Notes under the pieces: model-generated | The model's input: only the letters and a program-made list of their open reading frames with translations | Databases searched by the model: none | What the model was told of the DNA's origin: nothing | In this document: piece by piece, positions 1 through 15,000 of the stretch | How the letters are laid out: each line of letters starts with the position of its first letter | How positions within the stretch are numbered: position 1 is the first letter of the stretch | DNA from: Ostrea edulis | Taxonomy: Eukaryota | NCBI RefSeq assembly: GCF_947568905.1 | Contig: NC_079165.1 | Coordinates: 96,100,001-96,164,000, forward strand | Length of the DNA: 64,000 bases | Direction: 5' to 3' | Program-made: the position numbers and the translations under genes

Positions 1-10
1 GTTATGCACA

Positions 11-3000
11 TCACACAGATCTCTTGGACACTTTCCCATCTGCTGTTCCAAAGTAAGCTACCTTTGCCATTTTGATGAAGAGACCAGTTTCAACCACACC
101 TAATAAAAGAAAAACCAGAAAAGTTTTACAAACGAATATTCCCCCATTACAGCAATATTGAAAAGAATCAACTTTAAAATTAGAATGTCTGCAATGAAAG
201 TGATAAAGATGGGTTATCTACTAGTCAGTGGCAACCACAATATTAAGTTTGATCTCTCAAGAAACTGAACAGACATTTTCAAATAACCAATTATTTGAGG
301 CTTTTATCTTGTGACTTGAAAATTAATAAGGGACATCTAATCCTTTTGATGTACTAGTGAACCAAGTTTGATGTCTGTTGAGCAAAGGGTTCTCAAGATA
401 TTGAACAGACATTATCCTCCTATGTCCAGAATAGTTTGACCATTGACCACAAAATCAGTAAGAGTCATCTACTCCTTCGGTAGAACCAGTGTACCAAGTT
501 TAATGTTGGTCAAGCACAGGGTTCTCAAGATATTGAGTGGATATCTTACTATATCAAGTTTGACCCTTGACCTTTGACCACTTGATAAAAAATTTGATAG
601 GGGATATCTACTCTTTTAAGTACAACCAATGTTCCAAGTCTGATGTCTGCTGTCAAGCAAAGGCTTCTTAAGACATTGAGTGGACAATATCTTACTATGT
701 TCCAGTTTGACCATCATCGCTGGCCATGGTTACTGAGTCCTATCTTAATAGGAGACATATACTTCTTAGGCGGAACTAGTGTATCAAGTTTGATGTCTGT
801 CTGAGAAAGGGTTCTCAAGATATTGACTGTATGTCTAGAGTAGATTGACCCTTGACCTTTGAATCTCAAAATTGTTCACCTAATCTGTAAAACAAGCTTG
901 ATGTCTGTCAAGCAAAGGGTTCTTCAGATATTGAGTGGACAACACTTGTTCTATTGACCAACCAACATAAGAGTGCAAATCAATATGCTCCCCTTTCATT
1001 GGGGGGGGGGGGGGGGGGGATGGTAAATTTATATACTGGTGAATCTCCCATGCTGCTTATGGGACCATGGTTTTGTGGTGGAATAGTTGTCATGCCTTTT
1101 CATGGAGGATTTGAATTTAAACCCCATTGAAAAATTGTGAATTTAAAGCAAGATGTTGGAATATGAAACAAAACATCATAGGCACTTGATCTGCCCATGT
1201 CGAACACGAGAAATGCTTAGTTTGTATGCACTCTACTGATGAAGCATTTTCAGCACACTTTGCCTGATCTAAGCATCTCGTGTTATCACTGACACATAGT
1301 GTCTGTGTAGAGGACATGTTAGTGAACTTCCTTGTATAGATACACAAGTGTTTACTCCATGAACAGGTCTCCTTTACTGTTGATTATTCAGCCATGACAA
1401 AATATGTGTATTTTTAATATAGTAACCCCACCATAAATGGCTGTTAATTAAAGTAATGTAAATGTACAAAGTAAATACATGATAGAAGGCCTCATTATGA
1501 TTATACATGTAGTTTGCATGAAATAAACTATTACAGTGGCAGATCTGCAGGATTCCTAGCCTCAACCCACAATCTGGAGCAGAAAGAAAAAAATTGGGAA
1601 AGGAGAGAATGAGAGATAACATAACTCTAACTACTGTAGACAATTACATCGCTTGGGTTCGAATTTACTATTAAAGAGTACTCTTTAATAGTAAATTCGA
1701 ACCCAAGCGATGTAATTGCCTGTGGTCTACAGGTATGAAATTCCACCGAGATGCACATAGTTCACATAAAAATAGCTTTTGTACTTTAAGTCTGCTCAGG
1801 TATGAAATTCCGTAAATTCTACGTGACCAGAACACAGCTGAAAAAAGTACTGTACATAATAATATTGTACAGTAAATCTAATAACTGTGAGAAGTATTGT
1901 CACATCTCAATCACTATCTTGAAAATCATAGTACATGTAATATGAACTCAAAAGGATCTTTCAATCTCCCATTATATATGAATATTAAATTTCACACATA
2001 CTGTAAATAAATGCCATTATTTTTAAAAACATATTATCCCATTTTTACACTCATTAATTACAATACCTGGAATCAATTTAATAGTGGTGTTACATTTGTC
2101 CCAGTCATCACAGGGGTTTGAGAACTTCCAGTCCAACACAAAGTTACCATTGTCTGTTACCACTGGGCCCTGAAAGCAATCTGTACACATGTACCTTTGT
2201 ATGCAATTTACTAATTTGACAACCAATTTACATCAAGAAGTATCAATGAGATTTAATGCAAGTCCTAATTTGCAGTATTTCATGACATGCAAGTATGGGT
2301 CAACATATATTTAGATTTGAGAGCAATCATCCACTAAAAAAAACCTCCATCCCATGGGATGCAATGCTCACCTGACTCACATTGACCTTGCTGTTAATTT
2401 TTAAAATTTTGCTTACCCTCATTATTCACACCAAAAATTTGGACCCTATATATGACGAATCATGGCCAGTGCTTCTTGGGAAGATTTTTAAAGATTATAA
2501 TTTTGATCCCTACTGTGGCCCCAACCTCCCTCCAGGGACCATAATTAAAACAGACTTGAATCTGCACTACCTGTGGATGATTGAATGCAACTCATCACCC
2601 TGTTGTTCTTAGAAAGATGGTTTTCTAAATGTCCCCCTAAAATTCCCACATAAAACTTAGAGTCTGTATTGTGACACATTAAACCTACCCCTGGGGCATT
2701 GATTTGATTAAACTTAAATCTTCTGCAATACCCGAAGCTTCTTGCATATTAAAATGACTGTTCACGAACAGATTTTTAAAGACTTTTTACTATCATAATC
2801 TCAAATAAAAATTTGATCCCTAATTGTGACCTACCCCATGGGTCACAAAAAGAACTAATTTAAATCTGCACTTCCTGGAAATACTTGCATACTTCTATGA
2901 CTTATCATGTCCCTGTTGCTCTTGAGAAAGGTGTTTTTTTTAAAAAAAATATATCCCATATATTGCTATACATAAAATTAATCCCAAATTGTGGCCCCAA

Positions 3001-6000
3001 CCTACCTGGGGGTTACAAAATGAACAAATTTGAATCTGCACTTCCTGGAAATGATTCAATATTAATGTGACTAATCATGGTCTTGCTCCTCTTGAGCAAA
3101 AGATTTTTACAAGTTGTTTCATTGGTATATTCCCATATAAAACTTGTTCCCATATTGTGACCCCATCCTACTCCCAGTGGCCATGATTTGAACAAACTTT
3201 AATTTATACTACCCAAAGATGCTTGCATATCAATATGATAATGATGACCCTGCTGTTCTTGAAAGATTTTCTCTATATGTCTCCCTGTAAAACTTTACCC
3301 CTTATTGTAGCTACACCCTCTTCCTAATATTAGGAAAATTCCACATAAGTAATTTGATCTTTCTAGCCTTGTGTTTCTTGAGAAGATTTTTTTAATCACC
3401 CCCACCTTTTTTTTTTTTGCCTTATCTCGATTATTTCCCCTTGGAATGAGAAATGTCCCTTCATTTGAACAAACTTGAATTACCTTCATCCAAGGTTACT
3501 CTGTGCCAAGTTTGATTGAAATTAAAGAGTGGTTCTGGAGAAGAAGATGAATATGTGAACAGTTTAAGATACTGATAATATGACAACAAACAACGGACAA
3601 ATTTTGATCAGAAAAGTTGAGCCTTAAAAGCTCAGGTAAATACATGCCAATTATTGTGAAAGTTTATAAACAATGTGGTTAAATGAAAGAGATACACACT
3701 GCCTTCTGTTGGGCCATTCTTAGTATCACTTCTCCCCCAAATAGATCCTGTATTTTCATCTGAATTGGTTTGTATGCCATAGGAATAACTTCTATAGGAA
3801 TTCCTTTCTTGTATGTTGTACCCAACACTTGAGAGTCTTTTCTAAAATTATTGTAAGAAATGAAAATGTGTATGTCAAACACAAATGCCCCCCTTCCTCC
3901 CTCGATCATAGCCAAGATCAAATGAGGATGCTTTTATTATCTATTTATAGTAACTGAGGCCTTTTGGCCCATGACCCAAAAGACAATATCAGACAAGCTT
4001 TCAATTACATTAACCCACGTTACAAATATATACATCTAAATCCAAACTCTTCTCAAATTATTACTCAGAAACCAAATACTTGTTTTTAGGAACGAAGGCC
4101 AAACCCTTAGACCCAGTAACCCTAGAGTCATCCCTAGACTAGCTTTTAAAGACCAAATTTCAAGTCACCTCCCTTAAAATTTAAAAGAAAAACATACAGT
4201 ACTGCTTGTCAATCAAATAAGTGACAATAGTTCAGACCCTCATTGACAGATTTAAATTTGGTCAAGCATGTTAATTGGACATCTGAGATAGGATGTGTTT
4301 ATAGAGCTGGCCAATCAACCCTTTAATATCCTGCTAAGTAATTTCAAAGTGGTTTCTTTCTTTCTTTTTATCACTCTTGAGTCGATAATTTGTCCTACCT
4401 CAATGTAAGTACAATCAGACTTCTTAGAACTACACCATATACTGTGTAAACAAAGATCATTTAAATAGATGTATAGTATACAGCAGGGTTCTAAGAAGTC
4501 TGATTTTAATTAGATTGGGCCTACCTGACCGAAATATTTCAACAAAGAATTCAGTCACAGTCAAATTGTATCCCAAAGAAAATGTCATTGTAAAAGTTGT
4601 TAAAGAGAAATAAGCAGCAATTCAAACTATATTTGTTGGGATTGGGATCCAGAAAGAGAACAAGAAGTTCCCATAGCAATAACATCAGCTTCTATGCCAA
4701 CTGTCCTAATTCCTCCTCAAGCATCCATATATGCATCCTCTTCCCACTACATATCTCTTTGGCAAATAAGAAATTGACATTTGAAATGGTGGAGGGTTAA
4801 ATGTAGACAGAAACTTTGATATGTACAATCAAAAAGGAAATCTTTTTCTGGATCACTGGATCGATTTTCATGGCATACCATCAGTAGTTAATTTCAAAAT
4901 GGCCTGTTTATCTCAAGGCAAATATGAAAAACTCCACTGGGCTTTGTACAGGATTAAGTAACCATCCCATTTCAAATCCAAGTAAAGTTTTTAAAATGGT
5001 TATATATTTCTAAATTTAAAAGTTACTTATTCTTTTACCCACGTCAACGTTTGAGTTTGGGATGACAAGCTAGGCAAGACGAGCGTTCCCAGAAAAACTA
5101 CCGTCGCAAAACTAACTTATGGCAGATCAACAAGTGAAGAGTAGTACAGGCGATGCTGGCAGATGGATTGGCCCCCTCTCAGGTGCGGGGGGCAGGGTCG
5201 ATATCCCGCAAGCACCTTATGAGGTTCAGGGTTGGCACGCTCAACGTGAACACCCTGAGAGGAAGAGTATGTGAGGTGGTGGAGATGCTATCTTGCCGAA
5301 GAATAGATGTCTGTTGTGTACAGGAAACCAGATATCAGGGAGGAAACTGCCGCATCATCAAAGGCAAAGACACCAGGTGCAAACTGTTTTGTTCAGGTAA
5401 CAACAAAAGCACGACTGGAGTAGGAGTGTTAGTGGCAGATGATTTGATAGAGAAGGTATTCGATGTACAGAGAGTTTCAGACCGGATCATTCATTTGAAG
5501 CTGATTATAGGACAAAGTGTGCTCACCTTCATGTCTGTGTACGCCCCACAGAGTGGGCTCAGTGATGTAGACAAGGACTTTTTCTATGATCAGCTTAATG
5601 CGATAACTGCTACGATTCCAGCATCGGAGCTATTGATCCCTTGTGGTGATTGGAATGGTCATGTTGGCAGTACTGGTACAGGTTTTAGAGAAGTGCATGG
5701 AGGTCTGGGTTATGGCAGACTAGATCCTGATACTGAGAGAGAAAGGATCCTGGAGTATGCTTTAGCACATAACTTTCTTCTAGGCAACTCTTGCTTCAAG
5801 AAACGGGACAGTCACCTCATCACTTACAAGTCCGGAAATACAGCAACACAGATTGATTTCATCTTGTTCGGGAAGACAATGCGCAGGCATGTGACAGATG
5901 TGAAGGTGTTGCCTAGGGAAGAGGTTGCTTTGCAGCATCAGCTCCTGGTATGTGACATTCATTTAGCCATGCCATTGAAGACAAAACGAAAGTTCTCACC

Positions 6001-9000
6001 TCGTCTGAAAGTGTGGAAACTGAAGGACCCTGAAACATGCAGCCGCTTCCAAGAAGTCTTCAGTGAACATATGCTTGCTTCTGAAAGTGATGCCAACTGA
6101 AGAAGTCTGGGCTAAGTTCAAAACAGGTCTACTGAAGACAACTGAGGAGGTGTGTGGCACAACACAGCCACATCGATGGTGACGTGAAACCTGGTGGTGG
6201 TGCGATGAGGTTGAAGGGGCAATTGTGGCAAAAAGACAAGCATTCAAGGCTTGGAAGGCTGGCAAGGGAACAAAAGAGGACTACTTGGTGGCCAAGCGTT
6301 CTGCAAGGCGCATAGTGCACCATGCACAAGAAGCAGACAAAGCAGTCTACAATAACATTGAACCCAATTCCTCGGAAGTCTTTCGAATTGCCAAACAGAT
6401 GAGAAGGGTTAATGCAGATGTTGTTGGAGACAAGCCAGTAAGGAATGATGTAGGGGAGATGTCCATGAGTGAAGAGGCTAAACAGCAGGCATGGTTTGAG
6501 CACTACAAGAGGCTCCTCAATGTTGAGTTTGAGTGGGACCCAGGTCACCTGTCAGACGAACCACCACTTGAAGGTCCACCCATCCCAATCACCATCGAAA
6601 TGGTAAAGAAGGCCATCGCCGAGATGAAGACCGGCAAAGCTCCTGGACCATCAGGGGTAGTGGTTGAGATGATGAGAGCAGCAGGCGACTCAGGTGCCAT
6701 CATGCTCCGTGGCCTTGCAATGGCTATCATCCGTAATGGCAGGGTACCAACTGATTGGGAGCAGAGCTTCATCATTTGCCTGTATAAGGGGAAGGGTGAT
6801 GCCCTCGACTGCGGGAACTACAGAGGATTGAAGCTGACTTAGCAATCCATGAAGGTCATTGAGAGAATTGTAGACAGACTCATAAGACAAGTGGTGACAG
6901 TTGATGAATCCCAGTTTGGGTTTGTTCCAGGCAGAGGCACAACAGATGCAATATTTGTTGTCTGTCAGCTGCATGAGAAGTACCTGGCAGTAAATGAGAC
7001 ACTCTACATGGCCTTCGTGGATCTAGAGAAACCTTTTGACAGAGTACCACGACAAGTGATTTGGTGGGTGCTGAGAAAACTTGGTGTCGAGGAATGGATT
7101 GTGAAACTGGTGCAGAGTATGTACGAGAATGCGCGGAGTCGCGTACGGGTTGGTGATGGTCTCAGCGATGAGTTTGAGGTGAAGGTCGGTGTACATCAGG
7201 GATCTGTGCTTAGCCCACTGCTCTTTATCATTGTCCTTGAGGCCCTGTCACGTGAGTTTCAAGCAGGAGTGCCCTGGGAGGACCTTTATGCCGATGACCT
7301 TGTCATCATTTCAAATTCCTTGGAAGAATGTGTCAGTAGATTGTTGACCTGGAAGGAGGCAATGGAGAGGAAGGGACTCAGAGTCAATGCCAAGAAAACC
7401 AAGATCATGATCTGTGGCACAGGCTTGGATCTTCTGCAGAGCTTGGGCGAATTCCCATGTGCTGTGTGCCGTACCGGTGTAGGCAGCAACAATATACACT
7501 GCAAGGGATATAAGCACTGGGTGCATGAGAAGTGCAGCGGCCTTAAGCACTTGAAAGAGGATCCCAATTGCCGCTGCCCTATATGCCTGGGAACTGCTCG
7601 ACCAATAGATGGGAGGCCACAGAAGGAAGTTCAAGTTGGAACAGACAAGCTAGAGGTAGTAGCTTCCTTCTGCTACTTAGGTGACATACTGTCTGTGGCT
7701 GGAGGATGTGTGCTTGCAACGATCACTCGTGTGAAGACGGCCTGGAATAAATTCAGGAAACTGCTGCCTGTCCTCTCTTCCCGTCATCTTTCCTATAAGA
7801 CCCGTGGCAGGTTATACAGTACATATGTGTATACCGCGATGCTGTATGCAAGTGAGATGTGGCCCTTGCCAAAACCAGACCTCCTTCGCCTATGACGAAA
7901 TGACAGAGCCATGGTCAGACAGATTTGCAGGGTAAAGCCAGAAGACATGGCTAGTGTCAGATTAAGCGAGCTACTGGCATGACTTGGGATCGATGACCTC
8001 GACGCTATCCTGAGGGAGAAGAGGCTACGCTGGTTTGGGCATGTTGCTAGATCCAGTGGGGCAATCAATAATGTCTTTAATATGAAAAAAGAGGGAGGAC
8101 GACAACCAGGGAGACCAAAGATGACCTGGAAAGCACAGCTAGAAAAAGACCAGCGTGAGTGGGGACTTCGTGATGTCAACCCATTGGACAGAGATGCCTT
8201 GAAGTCAAATGTTAGGTCTGCCATGCATGCAGCAAGCCAGTTACCTGGAAGGGAGCCCACTGCCGTGGAAGATGTACCTAATCCTGCACGTTAATCAAAA
8301 TGCCGATGATGATGATGATGATGACCCCTGCCAATCCATTTGAGTGAATGGGAACTAAAGACTACACAAAGAGCATCAAAGCAAAGCTCCTTCCTTATAC
8401 AAAACCAGCACTGAACAGGTATATTAAAAAAAACCATTAACTATAATTTATTGAGAAAATGTAAATATATGCATTAAATTATTTTTTTTGTATGCAGTAC
8501 AACTAGGATTTTTTCTCTTGTAATTATCTTAAAATCTAAAGAGAGAGCCTGCAATACCTGTCATCTGCAATGATGATAAGATCTTTGGCACAAGAGGCAA
8601 CAATTTTCTCCTGAGTTAAACAGGCACCTCCTCCTTTAATACATGTTAAATCTTTGTCAGTTTCATCAGCACCATCAATTGCCACATCCAGCTACAACAA
8701 ATTTAAAAATATACTAAATGTCACAAAAAATCAACTTCACGCAAGCGTCAAAGGTATATATGTACATACATACATGTATGTATAGGGAAATACATAATTA
8801 AATTCCTTTTCTTGTTTTAATGCACAACTTACAATACCTTTGGGCAAGTCTCTAAAGTCCCAAGATTCAATCTGTGTTCCTGAATAAGTTGGTTTGCCTA
8901 TAACATAGAGAGGTTAGACTATGTACAAGTCATGTTATTCTGCAGAACTATAGCTCTCTGAGAAAATCTTGGGAGAATTTAGTCTATCCCAATTTTTTCC

Positions 9001-12000
9001 CATAGGGAAATAATTCTGCAGTTAATAAATATTATACAATTATTTCCTGCCTACTCGGGAAACAGTCAAAACTATTGCCTCAAAGAAGTAGATGACCTGT
9101 GAAACTGTTGTCAGAGGCTGTAGGCAACAGTTTCACGGGACTTTGCCACTACTGAGGGGCAATAATTTTGACTGTTTTCCTAGTAGGCATGAAACAATTG
9201 TTTTATTACCTAATCTGCTAATCAGGAAACAATTCGTCATGTGATTGGGTAATAGTAAGTCACGTGATCGGGTAATAGTAAGTCACGTGATGAACTGTTT
9301 CACCCCTGCTCATTGTGTGTACCTTTCTCTGCTGATTATAGTTGGAAACAGAAAAAAATATGTAATATGAATTTATATAGTAAATTAGGTAATACATATT
9401 ATTATTACAGTAACTTGATCTAAAGAGTTGCATCAAGTCGAGTTGACAGGCGCGGATCATCAGATCACACGAGACACGACAAAAAAAAACCTGTTGATGC
9501 ATTGTGACGTCATCAGTTTCAGAAGATACTGATACAGAATCAAATAAAGTCCACCGCCACGGCACATGATACGCCCGTCACATATTGTTAACAGTATAGA
9601 TTGGACCCATTAAAACATTTTTTTTTATATCAACTTAATTATATGTCACAGTGACCTTAAAGTAGGATGTGACACACCTTCTACCTAAGATGCATTAGTT
9701 GACCAATTTTGGTGATTCTAGGTCTAATAGTTTTCAAGTTATGAGCCAGACAAGTTTTTGCCATATATGGCCATATCTTCTTAATGAAAAGTCACAGTGA
9801 CCTGGTTTTAATGTGCGACACACCTTCTACCCAAGATGTATCTACAGACAAAGTTTGATGATTCTAGGCCTTGTAGTATTTAAGTTACGGGTCGGACACG
9901 AAAAAGCTAACAGACGGACGGATATCTTCTTAATGAAAAGTCACAGTGATCTGGTTTTAATGTGCGACACACCTTCTACCCAAGAAGTATCTACAGACAA
10001 AGTTTGATGATTCTAGGCCTTGTAGTATTTAAGTTACGGGTCGGACACGAAAAAGCTAACAGACGGACGGACATGAACGCCATACCATAATACGTCCCGT
10101 CTTAAGACGGGCGTATAAAAACCATAGTGTGGTGATCCGGAAAATCAAGAGTATCAAAAAACAAAACATTGACGGGTATATGACAATGACCTAATTTGCA
10201 CACAAGTATGCAAAACTTAGGTACAAGTATTGTCTTAAAATACAGTGGACTTTCTATAGGAGATTGGGTATTACAAGGCACTACACTTGTTACAAGGTTT
10301 TGTTGAGGTCCCGACTCTTCCCTTCACATTTCTTTCACAAATGTGATGATTACAATGAAATTGATCATTACTAAATTCTGCTCAAAATGATATGAAATCA
10401 ATTTCCTTGTAATGAATATTGATCACAAGTGCTCTTAGTACATGCAACGAAAGATTTTTTGCCTAGTATACCAAATCACTTGGTACACCCCAAGTGCAAG
10501 CTTCACGGTTCAGTAACCATGCCATTGTATTCATGATTATTAAACCAATAATCATCATTAATTGGTACTGATCAAAGACAGGAATGATGGAACTGCATTC
10601 TTCAGTACCAGTCCTGTGTAACATAGCCACCATGACAGTTGTGGTAATTAAAGCTGTGAAATCAGTGATGATTTGTTTTTTAATATACTTCAAGTCATAT
10701 TAGGTCATGACTTGAAAGAGGAATTATTGTATTATGATACTGAAGCTTTGATAATAGCAGAGTCTACAAAGGAGTAAACACACAAAATGTAAAATCACAG
10801 AGGGTTACAATTTACCTGAAAAGACGTTGGTACACATATAATGTTCAAATCTTCATTCTTTATTCTTTCAGCTGAAAAAGTTTTAGACCCAGATTAATGA
10901 TCACCTAAGTGCATATTTTTGGCCTTTAGAAATCATTGTGTTACCTGTGTGCTTTCATATTTTTCCATTTTAAACTTGTACTAGATGATATATGTATTGT
11001 TAGCCTATAACTATAATACATAATTTATAATAATTTACAATTCTATTATAGGGAGTTAAGTTTTATCACACCACAGTGAAAGAAGATTTTCTAACATACA
11101 TTTGTATCTTGCATTTTTATCACATGATCAACTAAGCCTGAGGGGTAGTAAATTTTACATTGCTCATTATAATCATTTAAACAACATGTCTGATTGATGT
11201 CCAGCAGCAAGAAAGATTTTCTTTTCCAATTTAATTTACATAATGTCTATGACCAATCTAGTACCTGGTACCTGAACCTTGGGGGTCATTAATTTCACAA
11301 ATTTGGTAGTGGGGTCAATGCCCATTATAATCAGGTAAACATTTTGTCTCTTTGATGTCCAGAAGTAAAGAAGATTTTCTAAGATGTAATGCATTTTCAA
11401 AATGCATATGTATATGACCAACTTAGCCCAAGCCTAGGTCCTGAACCCTTAACCCAGATGTCATGAATTTCACAGTTTTTGGTAAAGGACTCAGTGCCCA
11501 TTGTGATCTTGCAAACAGTTTGACTGCTTGATGTCCAGAAGTAAAGAAGATTTTTTAAGATTACTGTCATTAATTTTGATGGTTTTGGCCACATCCCTCA
11601 TGCCCCAGGGAGACAGAGACCATAAAAGTCACAATTTTAGTTCCCTTTGATGCATAGACTTTATTTACCCAATTTGGTTGAAATTGGTTAAGCCATTCCA
11701 GAGAAGAAAGAAGTGTTTTTTAAATTCAAAAGTTTACAACCGATTTAATTGTGACCAACAATGAAAGATGATGGACAAAAACAGATAGAAGTAGATCACC
11801 TGAGTGATTCAGGTGACCTAAAAAAAACTGTGGAAGACCCTGCAGGATGCAAGTTTATTTATTTTTTAAATCTCTCTTTCTTACCAAGTCTCTGAACAGC
11901 ATACACCACAGTTGATCCACTCCCAATGCCAACTTTTTGGTTATTCTGAAAGCACATGTATTGAGGAATAATCTCACTGGTACACTAACATGTACATGTA

Positions 12001-15000
12001 TTATTGAATTACAATTATAGACTTACTTACATATCCAATCTTATATTTGTATTGAGGAATAATCTCACTGGTACACTAACATGTACATGTATTATTGAAT
12101 TACAATTATAGACTTACTTACATATCCAATCTTATATTTGTATTGAGGAATAATCTCACTGGTACACTAACATATACATGTATTATTGAATTACAATTAT
12201 AGACTTACTTACATATCCAATCTTATATTTGTATTGAGGAATAATCTCACTGGTACACTAACATGTACATGTATTATTGAATTACAATTATAGACTTACT
12301 TACATATCCAATCTTATATTTGTATTGAGGAATAATCTCACTGGTACACTAACATGTACATGTATTATTGAATTACAATTATAGACTTACTTACATATCC
12401 AATCTTATATTTGTATTGAGGAATAATCTCACTGGTACACTAACATGTACATGTATTATTGAATTACAATTATAGACTTACTTACATATCCAATCTTATA
12501 TTTGTATTGAGGAATAATCTCACTGGTACACTAACATGTACATGTATTATTGAATTACAATTATAGACTTACTTACATATCCAATCTTATATTTGTATTG
12601 AGGAATAATCTCACTGGTACACTAACATGTACATGTATTATTGAATTACAATTATAGACTTACTTACATATCCAATCTTATATTTGTATTGAGGAATAAT
12701 CTCACTGGTACACTAACATGTACATGTATTATTGAATTACAATTATAGACTTACTTACATATCCAATCTTATATTTGTATTGAGGAATAATCTCACTGGT
12801 ACACTAACATGTACATGTATTATTGAATTACAATTATAGACTTACTTACATATCCAATCTTATATTTGTATTGAGGAATAATCTCACTGGTACACTAACA
12901 TGTACATGTATTATTGAATTACAATTATAGACTTACTTACATATCCAATCTTATATTTGTATTGAGGAATAATCTCACTGGTACACTAACATGTACATGT
13001 ATTATTGAATTACAATTATAGACTTACTTACATATCCAATCTTATATTTGTACTGAGGAATAATCTCACTGGTACACTAACATGTACATGTATTATTGAA
13101 TTACAATTATAGACTTACTTACATATCCAATCTTATATTTGTATAAGAGAATATAAGACAATATAAACACGCATATGTAAATGCCTATTCATCAAATGAT
13201 AAATTTGTGAGAAACTTTTTTTAAAAATGACTTTGTATCCTAGTAGGACAAATTGACTCCTAGATACATCTAGTATCTGTTCACATTAAGTGGGGTGAGG
13301 TGGTGGGGGTGGGTGGTGGTGGTGGTGGTAAGTCCCTTCCTTTTCTTGACAGAAAATAGTACATGTACGATGCCCACTGTCTAATCGTATACCTGTGCAA
13401 TCTGGCACATTGGGAATTCCGACCCAATTTTTCACTCCCCAAAATTAATGCAATCAAACACTATACAATCTGACCACTGTCTAATCCGAATTTCGGCACG
13501 ACTTCAAATAACTGCACATAACACAACCCCATGCAATTCCCATAGATATTGTATATAATAAACTATCACATGAGGAACTACAGCATACCTCACAACTAAA
13601 TCTGAGGAAACTCCACAGTTACATTAATGAATTCTTCTGAACATGTAGCAAGTAATCCTTGAAAATAAAAGTTCCAAAACAAAACATTTTTAGACAAACA
13701 CTTTTCAAGCACATAATGACCAATCACATGAGACTCTTTGCCAATTGGACCTGTATGGAGCACCAAATTAACATAAACTCAAATAATTGAAGATATCTTC
13801 AATTATTTGAAGATATCATCAATTCATTTGATGCCCACTACAATTGAATTAAAGGTCTCTTCAAATAATTAATGATACCTTCAATTCTGAATTACTGTGC
13901 GCGTTAATTGAATTGATGATAGCATTAATTCTTCAGCTGAATTGATGTGCACTTAAATTAAATTAATGATTTCTTCAAATGGATTAATGATATCAACAAT
14001 TGAATTGATGCGTGCTACAATTCAATTGAAAAGAGCAATAATTGATATAATGAGCGCATTAAATCAATTGATGAGAGCAATAATTGAATTGATGCGCACA
14101 TGAATTCATTTGATAAAAGCAATAATTGATTTAATGCACGCATTAATTCAATTATTGCTCTCTTCAATTGAATTAATGATATCTTTAATTCATTTGAAGA
14201 AAGCAACAATTCTTTCAGAGAGAGTAACTATATAATTAAAGATATCTTCAATTCAACATATCCACAATTGAATTAATGATCTCTTTAGTTGAATTGTTGC
14301 TCTCTTTAAAAGAATTGATGCGCACATTAATTCCTTATACAAAAGCATTGTAAATGATTTAAAGATATCTTCAGTTGAATTAAAGAGATCATCAAATCAT
14401 TTATACCGAGCTCTAAATTAATTATTGTGAGCAATATTTCTACTAAATTGATGCTCTCATCAAATGAATTGAAGAGAGCAATAATTGAATTTACGTACGC
14501 ATTAAATCTATCATTGCTCTCATTAATTGAATTAATGCGCACATCAATTGAATTAATGAGAGCAATAATTGATTTAATGCGTGCATTAATTCAATAAAAG
14601 AGAGGAATAAGTGAATTGAAGATATCTTCAATTATTTGAGTTTATGTTAATTTGGCGCTCCATAGACCTGAAGACAATGGTCCCGCATTGCGACGTTTTA
14701 GAGATAATATCAAAACCAGCAAACAGAATAACTTCGTACTTCTCGTTAACAATCTTTATGTCCAAATTGAGTCACACAATAAAAAACCCAAATAATAATA
14801 AGTATAAATTCTTAGATTTACCGCTTTTGAGTAGGCGACATTTCAAGCTTAAGAATTTATACTTATAAAATAAATCATTAGGTTTTTTTTATTGTGTCAA
14901 TAAATTTGGACATAAAAATTGTTTCCAAGTATGAAGTTATTCTGTTCGACGGTTTTAATATTAACATAAATCATCGCAATCAGGGACCACCGAGAGTCGG

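Noticed and set aside
5030-5150. HDV-like ribozyme in the RTE 5' UTR (cccacgtc and ggcagat motifs)
   Set aside because: RTE elements are known to carry such ribozymes, but I could not build P1 and P2 pairings from this copy, and the 5' strand may be truncated. An Infernal or RNArobo search on the family consensus would decide.
5780-8260. Minus-strand ORFs overlapping the RTE element
   Set aside because: These are antisense shadows of a GC-richer coding sequence, with no motifs of their own.
14015-14542. Leucine-zipper-like ORFs (and their counterparts at 43878-44323) as coiled-coil proteins
   Set aside because: They arise on both strands from about 21-bp AT-rich subrepeats inside a TIR-bounded MITE, with no splice or homology support.
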